Origin: Candidatus Methanoperedens sp.
GTDB lineage: Archaea > Halobacteriota > Methanosarcinia > Methanosarcinales > Methanoperedenaceae
Direction: 5' to 3'
Assembly: GCA_027460465.1 (NCBI GenBank)
Contig: JAPZAV010000153.1
Span: forward strand, 5,741 to 69,740
DNA: 64,000 nucleotides
A model generated the notes under the pieces. That model did not search any database and was not told the origin of the DNA. It saw only the letters and a program-made list of their open reading frames with translations. Position 1 is the stretch's first letter; the number at the start of each line of letters is the position of its first letter. The position numbers and the translations under genes were made by a program. This document shows, piece after piece, positions 40,148 to 50,044 of this stretch.

Positions 40148-40603
40148 ATGCATCTAAAACGCGTAAGAACCATAGCAGACTATCAGTTCGGCAAAGACAC
40201 AGGTGAAGTTTTGTTTCCCGACAGCGTGGAATTCCAGTTCTCGAATACGATGAAGGTGCGCACGATCCTGCTGGATGGAAAACGCATTGCCACGGTCAGG
40301 GCCAGAGACGGCATGCTCACCCTCAGCATGGCAGGCGCAGGAAGGCTTCACGGGTTCGTCAAATTCCCCGGACGCAGGGTGGTGGTCAATAGCGATGCCT
40401 CTCCTTTTGTTGCAAAGGGCAAGAATGCGTTCGCAAAGCACGTGGTGGCAGCAGACCCTGAGATCAGGGCAGGGCAGGAGGTGCTGGTCGTGGATGAAAA
40501 GGATAATCTCCTTGCCACAGGAAAAGCCGTGCTCAGTGCAGTTGAAATGCTGGCATTTAAAAAAGGCATGGGCGTAGAGATAAGAAGCGGGTCAGAGTCT
40601 TAG
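40148..40603 (+). CDS. PUA-domain protein (archaeosine tRNA-modification C-terminal-like)
   Basis: RTIADYQFG, GKNAFAKHV..ADPEIRAGQEVLVV. Confidence 0.85.
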   Translation: MHLKRVRTIADYQFGKDTGEVLFPDSVEFQFSNTMKVRTILLDGKRIATVRARDGMLTLSMAGAGRLHGFVKFPGRRVVVNSDASPFVAKGKNAFAKHVVAADPEIRAGQEVLVVDEKDNLLATGKAVLSAVEMLAFKKGMGVEIRSGSES

Positions 40604-42744
40604 AACTCGCACAGGTTCCACTGTATTTTCCCTTTCATCATCTCATCCAGCCTGTGCGCTGTGTACCCGAAAGGCAGCAGTATGCTCTCTGCCGCACGCA
40701 TCAGGTATTCATAGTATTTCGTGCTGTCATAACGTGTATTTTCATCAGAGAGTTCAGAGATCACAACCCGTTTCTTGTAGCTCTTTGACCTGTGATCTGT
40801 TATGATGTAGCGTACGATCTGACCTGGCTGCATCTCTATGCCTTCCTGCCTGTACTGCTGCAGCGCAGCAGCTCGATCATTGAACTGCCTGTAGTCATCC
40901 CAGCTCCGGGACACGCGGGTCTCGAATACCATGTCAGCAGGCGCAAATTCGTTATTCAGAAGGCTTCTGGTGTACTGCCGCAGTACCTGGATCGCATCAG
41001 GGATTCTGGTATAGAACTCGGATGCTGTCTTTGCCTCAGCAAGCCGCTTCAGCATTGCCTCCTGAAGGTTTATTATGAGACGGGGCATATCGCTTCGACG
41101 CATCTCGATGCCCCGCACCTTCAGCTTCCCGTTTTTCATTACGCCGTAATAGCGGTTCAGTGCGCCTGTGCCGTTTGACTTGTTGGGCAGGAACACTATC
41201 CACCTGAATTCGCCCTTCAGCTCAAGAGGTATGCCGATCTTCCGTGTCACAAGCTCGCAGAGCTTCTCAGGGTCGCGCCCTTTCACCCAGAGGCTGTCCA
41301 CGATGCCGTGCAGTATCTCAAAGCCCGCGCTCTCAGCCAGTTCCATCGTCGTGAGCAGTATCTCACGGCCATAGGCGGTTATTGATTCATGGCACTCGAT
41401 CCTGCCAAAGCGCGCCTTGTTAAAGCCCATGTACCCGAAGCTTGTCACAAGCAGCCATTTGAGCACGTTCTGCTTCATCTCGTACTCCTCTGCCCTTGCA
41501 GGGTCAGCGGCGATCCGCTTCTTATACGCCATCCGCCTCTCCACCAGGGGCTTGATCACCCGCGGGATTAGTCCGATGCGGCGCTCGCAGATGTTGTAAT
41601 CTGTAAATGGCACACGGTGTCTTGAATCTTTGCAGCAGGCGCAGAGCACGGTTTCAGGCGAGATATTGTGGTTCACCATTATATTGGGGAAAAGGGATGC
41701 GAAATCTATCTCGAATACGTTCTCATGCAGTCCGACCTCTGGTTCTATCACAAGTGCACCTCTATCAGCTATGAGCAGTTCCTCTGCTGTCTTCCAGTGC
41801 TCTGCAAGATTGCGCTTCCAGGGCACAAGTACGCCGTCATGGAGAGCCTGGTTGACCTGGAGTGCGGTCACTGCGCTGCCGGGGCTCAGGCGCGACAGCT
41901 CCTGAAGCGGTATCCCGGTTATGCGCGCAAGGTCTACAAGCCCAGGAAGTCCTCCTTCCCTGAAAAGGAACGAGGATGCATCAAGGTGCAGCCTTCCTGA
42001 AAGTAAATATCCACCAGGCTTGTAGAGTATCCTTCCATAGCTGAAATATGATCTTGCGCCTCTGTGAAGCATGACGTCTTTTTCCCTTCCGAGCTGCAGA
42101 TCAATACTGTGCAGTGCTGCACGGTGGTAGAGATAGGGCAGATCAAAGCTATCCCCGTTCTCTGTGAGTATTATGTCAGGATCAGATGCTGCAATTTCGC
42201 TTTCCATCGACCCGATCATTTCAGCCTCGTCTTTATCCTCTATCACAGTATCGCCAGAGATTATGCTGCGGATGGGATCATCAAATGTGACAATCCCCCT
42301 TTCCTTTGCAGGCAATACAGAAAGATTCATGCTTGTGAACTCAGGTATCTCGTAGTCAATTGCGTGGGGATCGTCTCCTTTGAGTTTTGCCACTGGAAAG
42401 AGGCAATGCTCAAGGAGATACTGCCTCACAGGATCGAGGTCAATATTGTAGAGACCGCATCCTTTCGCCTCAAGCATCGAGGCTGTAACATAGATCGAAC
42501 CAGGGTCTACAGTGGCGCATATTACCTCTTCAGGCTCCCTGCCCAGGAATGTGCTTTTCTTTTCAGAACATACCTCCCTCACGCCAGGCAGGCTTGTTAT
42601 CAGATGGCGCAGATCGGGTTTGCCTTCCAGAGAAATATATGCCCTGGGGTAATACACCTCGCGCACAGGCGTGCACCTGCTGTCTTTAATCCATTTTGTT
42701 ATCGTGCAGGTCTCCGGATCGTACCTGACATCCAGCAGGAACAT
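40600..42744 (-). CDS. polB2: Family B DNA polymerase, PolB2 subgroup
   Basis: DFASLFPNIM, KWLLVTSFGYMG, altered motif C HGIVDSL, KVRGIEMRR; start moved to ATG 42744. Confidence 0.85.
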   Translation of the reverse strand: MFLLDVRYDPETCTITKWIKDSRCTPVREVYYPRAYISLEGKPDLRHLITSLPGVREVCSEKKSTFLGREPEEVICATVDPGSIYVTASMLEAKGCGLYNIDLDPVRQYLLEHCLFPVAKLKGDDPHAIDYEIPEFTSMNLSVLPAKERGIVTFDDPIRSIISGDTVIEDKDEAEMIGSMESEIAASDPDIILTENGDSFDLPYLYHRAALHSIDLQLGREKDVMLHRGARSYFSYGRILYKPGGYLLSGRLHLDASSFLFREGGLPGLVDLARITGIPLQELSRLSPGSAVTALQVNQALHDGVLVPWKRNLAEHWKTAEELLIADRGALVIEPEVGLHENVFEIDFASLFPNIMVNHNISPETVLCACCKDSRHRVPFTDYNICERRIGLIPRVIKPLVERRMAYKKRIAADPARAEEYEMKQNVLKWLLVTSFGYMGFNKARFGRIECHESITAYGREILLTTMELAESAGFEILHGIVDSLWVKGRDPEKLCELVTRKIGIPLELKGEFRWIVFLPNKSNGTGALNRYYGVMKNGKLKVRGIEMRRSDMPRLIINLQEAMLKRLAEAKTASEFYTRIPDAIQVLRQYTRSLLNNEFAPADMVFETRVSRSWDDYRQFNDRAAALQQYRQEGIEMQPGQIVRYIITDHRSKSYKKRVVISELSDENTRYDSTKYYEYLMRAAESILLPFGYTAHRLDEMMKGKIQWNLCEF

Positions 42745-42991
42745 GCGCAACAGCCTCCCGCAGCGAGTTAAGTTCTTTTTGATGCTCCACGAGTATGGAT
42801 AAGAAAATAGAGTCCATGGGTTCAAGTGCAGGCGCTACTGTTGCGGATGAAGCATGTTCTCTTGCTTTTTTCATGAGGCTGTCAAAAGCTGCTTTATCCT
42901 CTCCACGAAGAGCCCTGCGGAATGCATACATGTCCTTTATAATCTCCTCAAGCAGGTTGCGAAAGGAAGGTACCGTCCTGCCCGTATGCAT
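42686..42991 (-). CDS. Small helical PolB2-associated protein
   Basis: GRTVPSFR...RRALRGEDKAAFDSL...AREH family pattern, directly upstream of polB2. Confidence 0.75.
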   Translation of the reverse strand: MHTGRTVPSFRNLLEEIIKDMYAFRRALRGEDKAAFDSLMKKAREHASSATVAPALEPMDSIFLSILVEHQKELNSLREAVAHVPAGCQVRSGDLHDNKMD

Positions 42992-43607
42992 CACCCCCGG
43001 CAAAATCGGTGAACCTCATCTGCCCTGGAGGAACCGGCACGTACTCGAACATATGCCCGTCATCGAATATCCTGACGAGCTTCTTTTTTTCCTCGATGCG
43101 TACAACGCGGGAGGCTCTGGATGCAAGCAGTCTATCCCCGTGCCATGACCCTCCAAAGCTTGTTATTGCGGTTATGGTGCCAAAGGTAGAGGTAAGCGAC
43201 TTCAGGCGCATGAGCAGGGGCTCGAATAACCTCATCCCGTCCACTCCTGAGAACAGGGTGGGAAAATAGGACACTGCAAGCACTTCAGGAGCCCAGCGCT
43301 CAAGTGCTTTGTCCAGATTATTTATCAGGGCGTCCATCTGGTATTCGGTGAAGGCACGGGCGACATGGATGCGGGAGAGCGCCTGTTTACCTGCTCCGAA
43401 GGACTTTGCCATCCCCGAAACAGCATACGGATCAAAACTGTTCCAGCCGTCCAGAAATACCGCATCCCTGCCTGCTGCAGCTGATGCCGCGCACAGGCTG
43501 AACAGAACAGCAGGAATCATGTTCGATGATCCCTCTACCACTGTTATGCACGAGGGCCTGAAGCTGTGAATGTTAACTGGAAGATTACATGGGCTGATGC
43601 AGGACAT
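42948..43607 (-). CDS. Degenerate RecA/RadA-fold protein of the PolB2 cassette
   Basis: VFLDGWNSFDPY, ALSRIHVARAFTEYQ; degenerate P-loop. Confidence 0.75.
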   Translation of the reverse strand: MSCISPCNLPVNIHSFRPSCITVVEGSSNMIPAVLFSLCAASAAAGRDAVFLDGWNSFDPYAVSGMAKSFGAGKQALSRIHVARAFTEYQMDALINNLDKALERWAPEVLAVSYFPTLFSGVDGMRLFEPLLMRLKSLTSTFGTITAITSFGGSWHGDRLLASRASRVVRIEEKKKLVRIFDDGHMFEYVPVPPGQMRFTDFAGGDAYGQDGTFLSQPA

Positions 43608-43679
43608 ATGGTTTCACATCCATATGTGCAGGTTTGGTATGGAAACTTAAAAGTTCTTGGAAAGAGCGGTGCGAAAGTA

Positions 43680-43937
43680 TTAGCCTATCATCAGTATCGC
43701 GATTCTTATGACTATCAAAATCCAGCCTACTGCTACGACAATCCATACCGCTTTTTTTGCTACCTCTGCTATTGCCAGGAAGATGGTCAGTATCACGAGC
43801 AGTCCGATGGCATCAACTATAGGAGCCGGGATAGTAACGCCTGAGATAGCATGGATCAGACCGACCATCATTTCACCTATCCAGTGCCCGATGGTATAAA
43901 TGAAAGCAAGCACAGTGGTTAATATATCTTCAGCCAT
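43680..43937 (-). CDS. Small membrane protein
   Basis: Multiple hydrophobic helices; GGAG RBS. Confidence 0.75.
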   Translation of the reverse strand: MAEDILTTVLAFIYTIGHWIGEMMVGLIHAISGVTIPAPIVDAIGLLVILTIFLAIAEVAKKAVWIVVAVGWILIVIRIAILMIG

Positions 43938-43956
43938 AGTTTCTCCTTTTCTCAGA

Positions 43957-44232
43957 TCAGACTTTTGCCCTTGGATTCCTGAATATTTGAATTTTGAGTA
44001 TGCGATCGATCAGGTTAATGAGCTTTTCTAATCGCAATCTGAATCTGATGAAAGGGATCAGTCTTCCTCTACCAAAAGCAATCAATCTGTTCTCCATAAA
44101 TCTAATATACAGATAGGGGATCAAAAAGACCAGAGAGAAAATGAAGATTCCTGTGATTATGTCAAGAGGATTTGTGGGCGAGAACCACTCAGGATATGCT
44201 TTTTTGATATACTCAGGATCAATTAAACTCAT
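43957..44232 (-). CDS. Hypothetical membrane protein
   Basis: Single TM segment, basic tail; start set at ATG 44232. Confidence 0.55.
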   Translation of the reverse strand: MSLIDPEYIKKAYPEWFSPTNPLDIITGIFIFSLVFLIPYLYIRFMENRLIAFGRGRLIPFIRFRLRLEKLINLIDRILKIQIFRNPRAKV

Positions 44233-44292
44233 AACCATCCCTGGCTGATAGAATGTTTGTTGTTTAACATATAAATACATATTGCAGGAATA

Positions 44293-45495
44293 TTGATGAG
44301 AATTATGAAAGCAATCCTGTTTGATCCATTTTCCGGCGCTTCGGGCGATATGACCATAGGATGCCTCATAGATCTTGGGGCGGACGCCGGAAAAGTCAAA
44401 AAAGCAATGGAACTGGCTGCTGATGTGGATGTCGGGATTTTTAAAACCAGCAAAAAAGGGATCTCGGCACAATCGGTCAATGTGACGGTAAGAAAAGAAG
44501 GAAGCCTTGCATTTCCAGAGATCATAGAAAGAATCAGCTCGCTGAGCCTGAATTCAGAGATCGTATCTGATGCTCTTTCAGTCTTCAACATCCTTGGCAA
44601 AGCAGAGGCAAAAGTTCACGGAACTGCACTTGAAAAATTGCATTTCCATGAACTTGGACAGGAAGATGCGATCGCGGATATTATCGGGGCATGCACTGCT
44701 TTCCACGACCTCGGACTGAAAGATCATAGAATCTACTGCACTCCGGTATCTGTTGGCAGGGGGTTTGTTGAGTTTTCCCATGGAAAATTCCCGGTTCCAG
44801 CGCCCGCAGCGCTTGAGATACTGAAAGAATACTCCCTGCCATGGAAATCAGGACCTGTGGAAGGAGAGCTGCTCACACCCACAGGAGCCGCGCTGCTTGC
44901 ATATTTCGTGAACGAAAAAGGTGAATGCGCCCAGATGAAGGCAGAGCGTGTGGGCTATGGAGCAGGAAGCAGAGACAGTGCTGTACCCAATGTCCTGAGG
45001 ATCATCTCTGGAGAGATCGATGATGCGCTTATCTCTGATAGAATCGAGGTGCTTGAGACCAATGTGGACGACGTCACAGGTCAGGTGCTGGGCAACCTCA
45101 TCGAGGTGATGCTGAAAGAAGGCGCGCTCGATGCTGCAGTGATACCTGCGACCATGAAAAAAGGGCGAAGCGGTCATCTGATCCAGGTGATCACGAAAAT
45201 CCAGGACTCAGGAAGGCTTGTCAGAAAAATAATCGAAGAAACAGGCTCTCTCGGCGTCAGGATAATACCGATAAAGCACCGGCTGATCGCTCAAAGAGAG
45301 ATCCTCGATGTGAAGCTCACGATAAACAGCAGGGAATTCCCTGTCTGCATCAAGATCGCCAGGGATCTGAATGGAGTTCTTCTGAATATCTCTCCTGAAT
45401 TTGAAGATTGCAAGAAAACTGCGCTTTCAGCCGGTATTCCTGTGAGGGATGTCATTCGACTGGCTGAGGAAGAGGCGAGGAAGAGCTTTTCCTGA
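44293..45495 (+). CDS. larC: Nickel-pincer cofactor nickel-insertion protein LarC family
   Basis: FDPFSGASGDM, HFHELG..DAIADI, PVPAPA, ELLTPTGAA, LETNVDD, MKKGR, PEFEDC. Confidence 0.92.
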   Translation: MMRIMKAILFDPFSGASGDMTIGCLIDLGADAGKVKKAMELAADVDVGIFKTSKKGISAQSVNVTVRKEGSLAFPEIIERISSLSLNSEIVSDALSVFNILGKAEAKVHGTALEKLHFHELGQEDAIADIIGACTAFHDLGLKDHRIYCTPVSVGRGFVEFSHGKFPVPAPAALEILKEYSLPWKSGPVEGELLTPTGAALLAYFVNEKGECAQMKAERVGYGAGSRDSAVPNVLRIISGEIDDALISDRIEVLETNVDDVTGQVLGNLIEVMLKEGALDAAVIPATMKKGRSGHLIQVITKIQDSGRLVRKIIEETGSLGVRIIPIKHRLIAQREILDVKLTINSREFPVCIKIARDLNGVLLNISPEFEDCKKTALSAGIPVRDVIRLAEEEARKSFS

Positions 45496-46255
45496 GCGCA
45501 CGCTTGATATCCATCCTGTAGGTCCAGTCATGCCTGAGGTACCCTGGCAAAAGCTGATTTGCCATGCTTGCTTCAGGCTCTGTCAGCAAACCTTCCAGTG
45601 ACTGTATTCCGAGCGCTTCTTCAAAACCCTGCCTCAGCATTGTTTTCACTGCTTTTATATCTGTAATCCCGATCTCTTTAAGAGTTATCATCCCTTCTCT
45701 TGCTGAGGCAACTGGCCTCAAGTTTTTCGTGGGGTTTTTAAGTATTTTATCCATCAGTTCAAAATCGAAATCCATCAGCAGGCTGCCATTGATCAGCACT
45801 GCACCGTTGAGACGACCCTGCGCATTTCCGGAAATTTTCCTCCCTTTTGAATAAACCGCATTTCGAGCAGGTTCAAGTTCTCCTTCTGCACCAAGCTCAA
45901 AGAGCGCATCCACCACCCCGCCAAGCACCTTTCTGTATGCATCCTGAATATCGCGGGGTATTGCTCCTTCTTCTCTTCCTATGACCGAGTAAAGTATCTG
46001 GTTCCTATCACAGAAGCCGCATCCACCTCCCAGTATTCTTCGCACTATGCCGATGTTGTTATGTCTGCAGTAGTCTGTATGGATCTCATCCTCGACGCAT
46101 TGATGATAACCCAGATATACCACTGGCGAGCGGACTCGCCAGAAAAGGATGGTCTCAGGAGCCATACCCGAACCCACATGCTTTGCAATGGATTCAAAAA
46201 CTGCTGCACTGTAATAGCCGTCTATCTTATCAAGGTCAAGGAAACGCCATGTCAT
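45452..46255 (-). CDS. Lipoate--protein ligase A family protein
   Basis: VYLGYHQ, VRRILGGG, RKISGNAQ, LINGSLL; start set at ATG 46255. Confidence 0.85.
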   Translation of the reverse strand: MTWRFLDLDKIDGYYSAAVFESIAKHVGSGMAPETILFWRVRSPVVYLGYHQCVEDEIHTDYCRHNNIGIVRRILGGGCGFCDRNQILYSVIGREEGAIPRDIQDAYRKVLGGVVDALFELGAEGELEPARNAVYSKGRKISGNAQGRLNGAVLINGSLLMDFDFELMDKILKNPTKNLRPVASAREGMITLKEIGITDIKAVKTMLRQGFEEALGIQSLEGLLTEPEASMANQLLPGYLRHDWTYRMDIKRALRKSSSSPLPQPVE

Positions 46256-46295
46256 TGGAGGTCTTTTCTGCCAGCAGATGAAGATATAGCTTTCC

Positions 46296-47459
46296 TCAAT
46301 ACCCAAGATCTTTTTCTTTGATATTTGAAAATACAGCAAATACAATCGCGGAAACTCCCAGCGCAATTAATGTACCCCTGATCGACCAGTCCATCATCGC
46401 GCCGACTGCGATATTCAACAAAGCGGTCAAAATGCGCCCCATCATTAAGATGGTGGAGAGTATCATGGCACGATTGGCTGCAGGAATATGAATGTTAAAA
46501 TACGAAGAATACAGTGGCGCTCTGATCTCCCAGAAGCCAATTATTAAAAAGATCAAAAATATTGTGATAGCTAAATTTATGGTAAATGCGCTTGCGATGA
46601 AAGCAATTCCTGGAATTAATAATGTCATTCGGATCAAGTTTTTCTTTCCGAAAATCTTTTCAAGATGTAAAAGCTGCGCCAGAAGAATTATTGAGAAAAT
46701 ATTCATTCCTGCCGAAACCCATCCATAGATTCCTATGTCTGCATTAGAATTCTTAAGCATAATCTGATACAGCCATGTTATATAAAAAAGCAGCGAACTT
46801 CCAAGGATTGAATCAATTATCAGTGGGCGCAGCTTTTTATGTTCTCTGATGAACATCAAGCTTTCTTTAATTATAAAAATATAATGCTCTCTTTTTTCAA
46901 TTTTGTTCGAAGGTTCCTTTAAGGTGATTGCGATAAATCCTGCAAGAATTGAAGGAATCACAGAAAAAAGCATGGGATAATTTATTCCGAAGTTTACCGC
47001 CATAATGCTTCCGATGGGCGATGCAATCACGAACGCAAGCATGGGCATGGCGGAATATTTTGCAAAAACACTTTTTGAGCGGGAAGTAATGTTAGCCGTC
47101 TTGAGGGTGTCATAGATCATGGCTTCATCAGCCCCTGAAATAAAAGCTGTGCCAAGCGCCCATAAAAAATCAGCTAAAAGAAAAGCATAGATATTTGGAA
47201 TGCTGCCGAAAATCAGAGCTGCAAAAGCGGTTATGAAACAACTTAAGATGATCGATGTTTTCCGCCCGAATCTGTCAGCAAATAAGCCAGTAGGCACTTC
47301 AAATGCAAAAATCCAGAATAGAAACCAGGATTGCAGAAGAAGAGTCTCACTGAAACTGAGCCCGCCCCATCCAGTGAAAAAAGGAATAATAACGGCTTCA
47401 AAAAATTGCAGATTAAAAAGAAAGCTAATAATATTCATTTTTTGTATATTTGCAAACAT
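46296..47459 (-). CDS. MFS transporter (probable exporter)
   Basis: EVPTGLFADRFGRK motif A, SGADEAMIYD, about 12 TM helices. Confidence 0.92.
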   Translation of the reverse strand: MFANIQKMNIISFLFNLQFFEAVIIPFFTGWGGLSFSETLLLQSWFLFWIFAFEVPTGLFADRFGRKTSIILSCFITAFAALIFGSIPNIYAFLLADFLWALGTAFISGADEAMIYDTLKTANITSRSKSVFAKYSAMPMLAFVIASPIGSIMAVNFGINYPMLFSVIPSILAGFIAITLKEPSNKIEKREHYIFIIKESLMFIREHKKLRPLIIDSILGSSLLFYITWLYQIMLKNSNADIGIYGWVSAGMNIFSIILLAQLLHLEKIFGKKNLIRMTLLIPGIAFIASAFTINLAITIFLIFLIIGFWEIRAPLYSSYFNIHIPAANRAMILSTILMMGRILTALLNIAVGAMMDWSIRGTLIALGVSAIVFAVFSNIKEKDLGY

Positions 47460-47495
47460 CTGTAATACCTTTAAGATCTAAAAATTCGAGATCGT

Positions 47496-49013
47496 TTATG
47501 TTTCTTTAATTTTTTTCTGAACATCTCTGGTGATATCAAAGAGCAAATCGTCCAGGCATTCTTTACCAATGTTTTGATATGCTCTTCTCACTCCTATTCT
47601 TCTGAACCCGGCTCTTTCCAGTGACTTTATTGCAAAGATGTTTTCAATAGTTGCAGATGCAAAAAGAGAGTTCAATCCAAGCGTAGTAAAGCTGTAATCT
47701 ACCAATCCTCTGAATATACTATTCCCCATGCCCTTGCCTCTAAACTCGATTTCGCCTATGAGGCATGAAACTTCACCCGTGCACTTCTTGATATGATATA
47801 TTGAAGCAAAACCTATTGCCACGTTCTGGAAATAGACCAGAAAATCCTCGTCTTCAGAAGTCAATATAGCTATCCTGAGTTCTTCCTCTCCGCTCGAAGT
47901 AGAGGGCTCCATATACTTCGTAGCTTTATCATCACTGAACCACCTGGCAAGTAGAGGAGCATCCTCGGCTTTGATCCGTCTAAATAAGAGATTTTCAAAA
48001 TTGAAGCTGATATTTTTATTCTGGTCTTCCGGATGCACCGCATTTTCGAAGGCTGAATTCAAAATCATCTGAACGATCTGCGAGTAACTCAAGCCTGCCG
48101 CGCCTGCTGATCGCACGAAACCACTCCCATCTGGATTTATACATGGATTGGGATTAACTTCAAGCACAAAGACTTCATTTTCCCGTATTCGCAGATCCAC
48201 TCTTGCATATTCCCTTACTCCAAGGGCTTTGCAAGCATCAAGAGCCAGCATTTCTATCCTTTTAATGAGCGAAGGTTCCAGTTCTGCAGGGCATTTAGGT
48301 ATGGTGTTCTGGTAATAGAAACTATCTTTCTTCCATTTTGCCTCAAATGTTACTATTTTAGGCATATCATCAGGAAGAGTAAAGACGATCTCGGAAAGAG
48401 GAAGAACCTGAGTGCCTGGTCCAATCCGAAGGATAGAAGCATTTATTTCCCTGCCATCGATGTACTCTTCTATCAGGACTGGTTGATGGTAGGTTTCAAT
48501 AATATTCAGCACATTTTTCCTGAATTCATCTTGATTCATTGCTACCGAATTAGCAGTTATACCAGCGCTTGCATCCTCTAAACATGGTTTTACTATCACA
48601 GGAAAATCAAGGTCTAAAGATTGATCAACGCTTTTGATTATCTGAAAACGAGGGGTTGATATTCCTTCTTTCTCAAGAAGGATTTTGGTAAGATACTTAT
48701 TCCTGCTTATCTCAAGAACATCAGGAGGCGAACCTGTGTAAGGTAATCCAGTCAGCTCAAGTAAACCTGCGACATAGGGTTCAGCTTTAAGATTATTCCC
48801 GAAACCTTCAGCGAGATTGAACACAGCATCGCATTTGAGGAGAGCAGATAATACGTCAGTGGAGCATCGCAATGGAATAGCCTCATATCCAGGACCTTCC
48901 AGTGCTTTCTTCACCGCTTTAACTGTTTCAAGAACCTCCAATTCTGCCAGATTTTCTATTTCAGTTAAACCTGATTGCTCCGTTGGCAGGTTATAAAGCA
49001 CTGCCACTTTCAT
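47496..49013 (-). CDS. Ddl-like ATP-grasp ligase fused to a C-terminal RimJ/RimL/SpeG-type GNAT
   Basis: FNLAEG, PYTGS, FPVIVKP..EDASAGI, EEYIDGRE, ARVDLR, LEVNPNP; C-terminal GEIEFRGKGMG and N..AIKSLERAGF. Confidence 0.88.
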   Translation of the reverse strand: MKVAVLYNLPTEQSGLTEIENLAELEVLETVKAVKKALEGPGYEAIPLRCSTDVLSALLKCDAVFNLAEGFGNNLKAEPYVAGLLELTGLPYTGSPPDVLEISRNKYLTKILLEKEGISTPRFQIIKSVDQSLDLDFPVIVKPCLEDASAGITANSVAMNQDEFRKNVLNIIETYHQPVLIEEYIDGREINASILRIGPGTQVLPLSEIVFTLPDDMPKIVTFEAKWKKDSFYYQNTIPKCPAELEPSLIKRIEMLALDACKALGVREYARVDLRIRENEVFVLEVNPNPCINPDGSGFVRSAGAAGLSYSQIVQMILNSAFENAVHPEDQNKNISFNFENLLFRRIKAEDAPLLARWFSDDKATKYMEPSTSSGEEELRIAILTSEDEDFLVYFQNVAIGFASIYHIKKCTGEVSCLIGEIEFRGKGMGNSIFRGLVDYSFTTLGLNSLFASATIENIFAIKSLERAGFRRIGVRRAYQNIGKECLDDLLFDITRDVQKKIKET

Positions 49014-50044
49014 AATCTCATTCCTGCCCGTTTTAGTGCTGCCATGAAAATTTCTCCTATCATCTCTTCGTATGTATAGCCGGCTGTGTAAGCAGCTTTC
49101 GGAAATCTTGAGTTTTCCTTCGGGTCTGGAATCAATCCAGGTAAAGCATTGACATCAAGGACACTGGGATTCCCTTCATCATCCAGTCTCATATCTATCC
49201 TGCAGAAATCCCTGATCTCAAGGACTTCAAAAGTTCTCTGCGCTGTCCTTTCAATTTGCTGCTGTAACTCATTACTTATTTGCGCAGGGCAGAATGTTGT
49301 ATCATAATCATTTCTTGCTGAATCATATACCCACTTGACGTCATAGCAGTCAAACTTTGGCACACCAGCTGGCAGTGAATCAAAGCAAATTTCCACAATG
49401 GGAAGAACCCTGGGAGGATTTCCAAGCATTGCAACGGTGAATTCTCTGCCAGAGAGAAATTGCTCTATCAGCACTGGCTGGCGATAATGTTCTATTATCT
49501 CTGCTGCAGCACTCCGAAGTTCATCTTCGTTCTTTACAACAGACTTCGCTGTAATTCCTTTGCTTGAGCCCTCGCAATTAGGTTTCAAGAATAGGGTGGA
49601 TTCAAAGCCGATGTTCAGCTTTTCATCTGCTTTCTTAAGAAGTTGAAATCGCGGGGTACGGATCCCATTTGAGCAAAGTACCTCCTTCGTCCTTCGTTTA
49701 TCAAGGGTTATTGACATGGTTGTAACCCCTGATCCTGAATAAGGTATGCCAAGCATCTCGAGCATCGCGGGTATATGAGCTTCTCTGGATTCTCCTTTTA
49801 TCCCTTCCGCTATGTTAAAAACAAAATCGGGCTTTTCGTTCTTTATTTTTCCATAAGCAGCCTCGTCCCCTTCGATCACAATAACTTCCCTGCAATAGTT
49901 GAGAAGTGCCATTTTTATCGCTTCAACCGTAGCAGAAGAGTCAAACTCAGCGAATACATCCGTATTCTCATGTGAATAGTTCTCAGGCTGAAGGTTACAG
50001 GTTATCGCCACCTTCAGATCATATTTTCGGGTTTGAATACTCAT
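49010..50044 (-). CDS. Ddl-like ATP-grasp ligase
   Basis: FNIAEG, PYSGSG, LKPNCEGSSKGI, EQFLSGREFTV, CRIDMR, DVNALPG. Confidence 0.9.
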   Translation of the reverse strand: MSIQTRKYDLKVAITCNLQPENYSHENTDVFAEFDSSATVEAIKMALLNYCREVIVIEGDEAAYGKIKNEKPDFVFNIAEGIKGESREAHIPAMLEMLGIPYSGSGVTTMSITLDKRRTKEVLCSNGIRTPRFQLLKKADEKLNIGFESTLFLKPNCEGSSKGITAKSVVKNEDELRSAAAEIIEHYRQPVLIEQFLSGREFTVAMLGNPPRVLPIVEICFDSLPAGVPKFDCYDVKWVYDSARNDYDTTFCPAQISNELQQQIERTAQRTFEVLEIRDFCRIDMRLDDEGNPSVLDVNALPGLIPDPKENSRFPKAAYTAGYTYEEMIGEIFMAALKRAGMRL

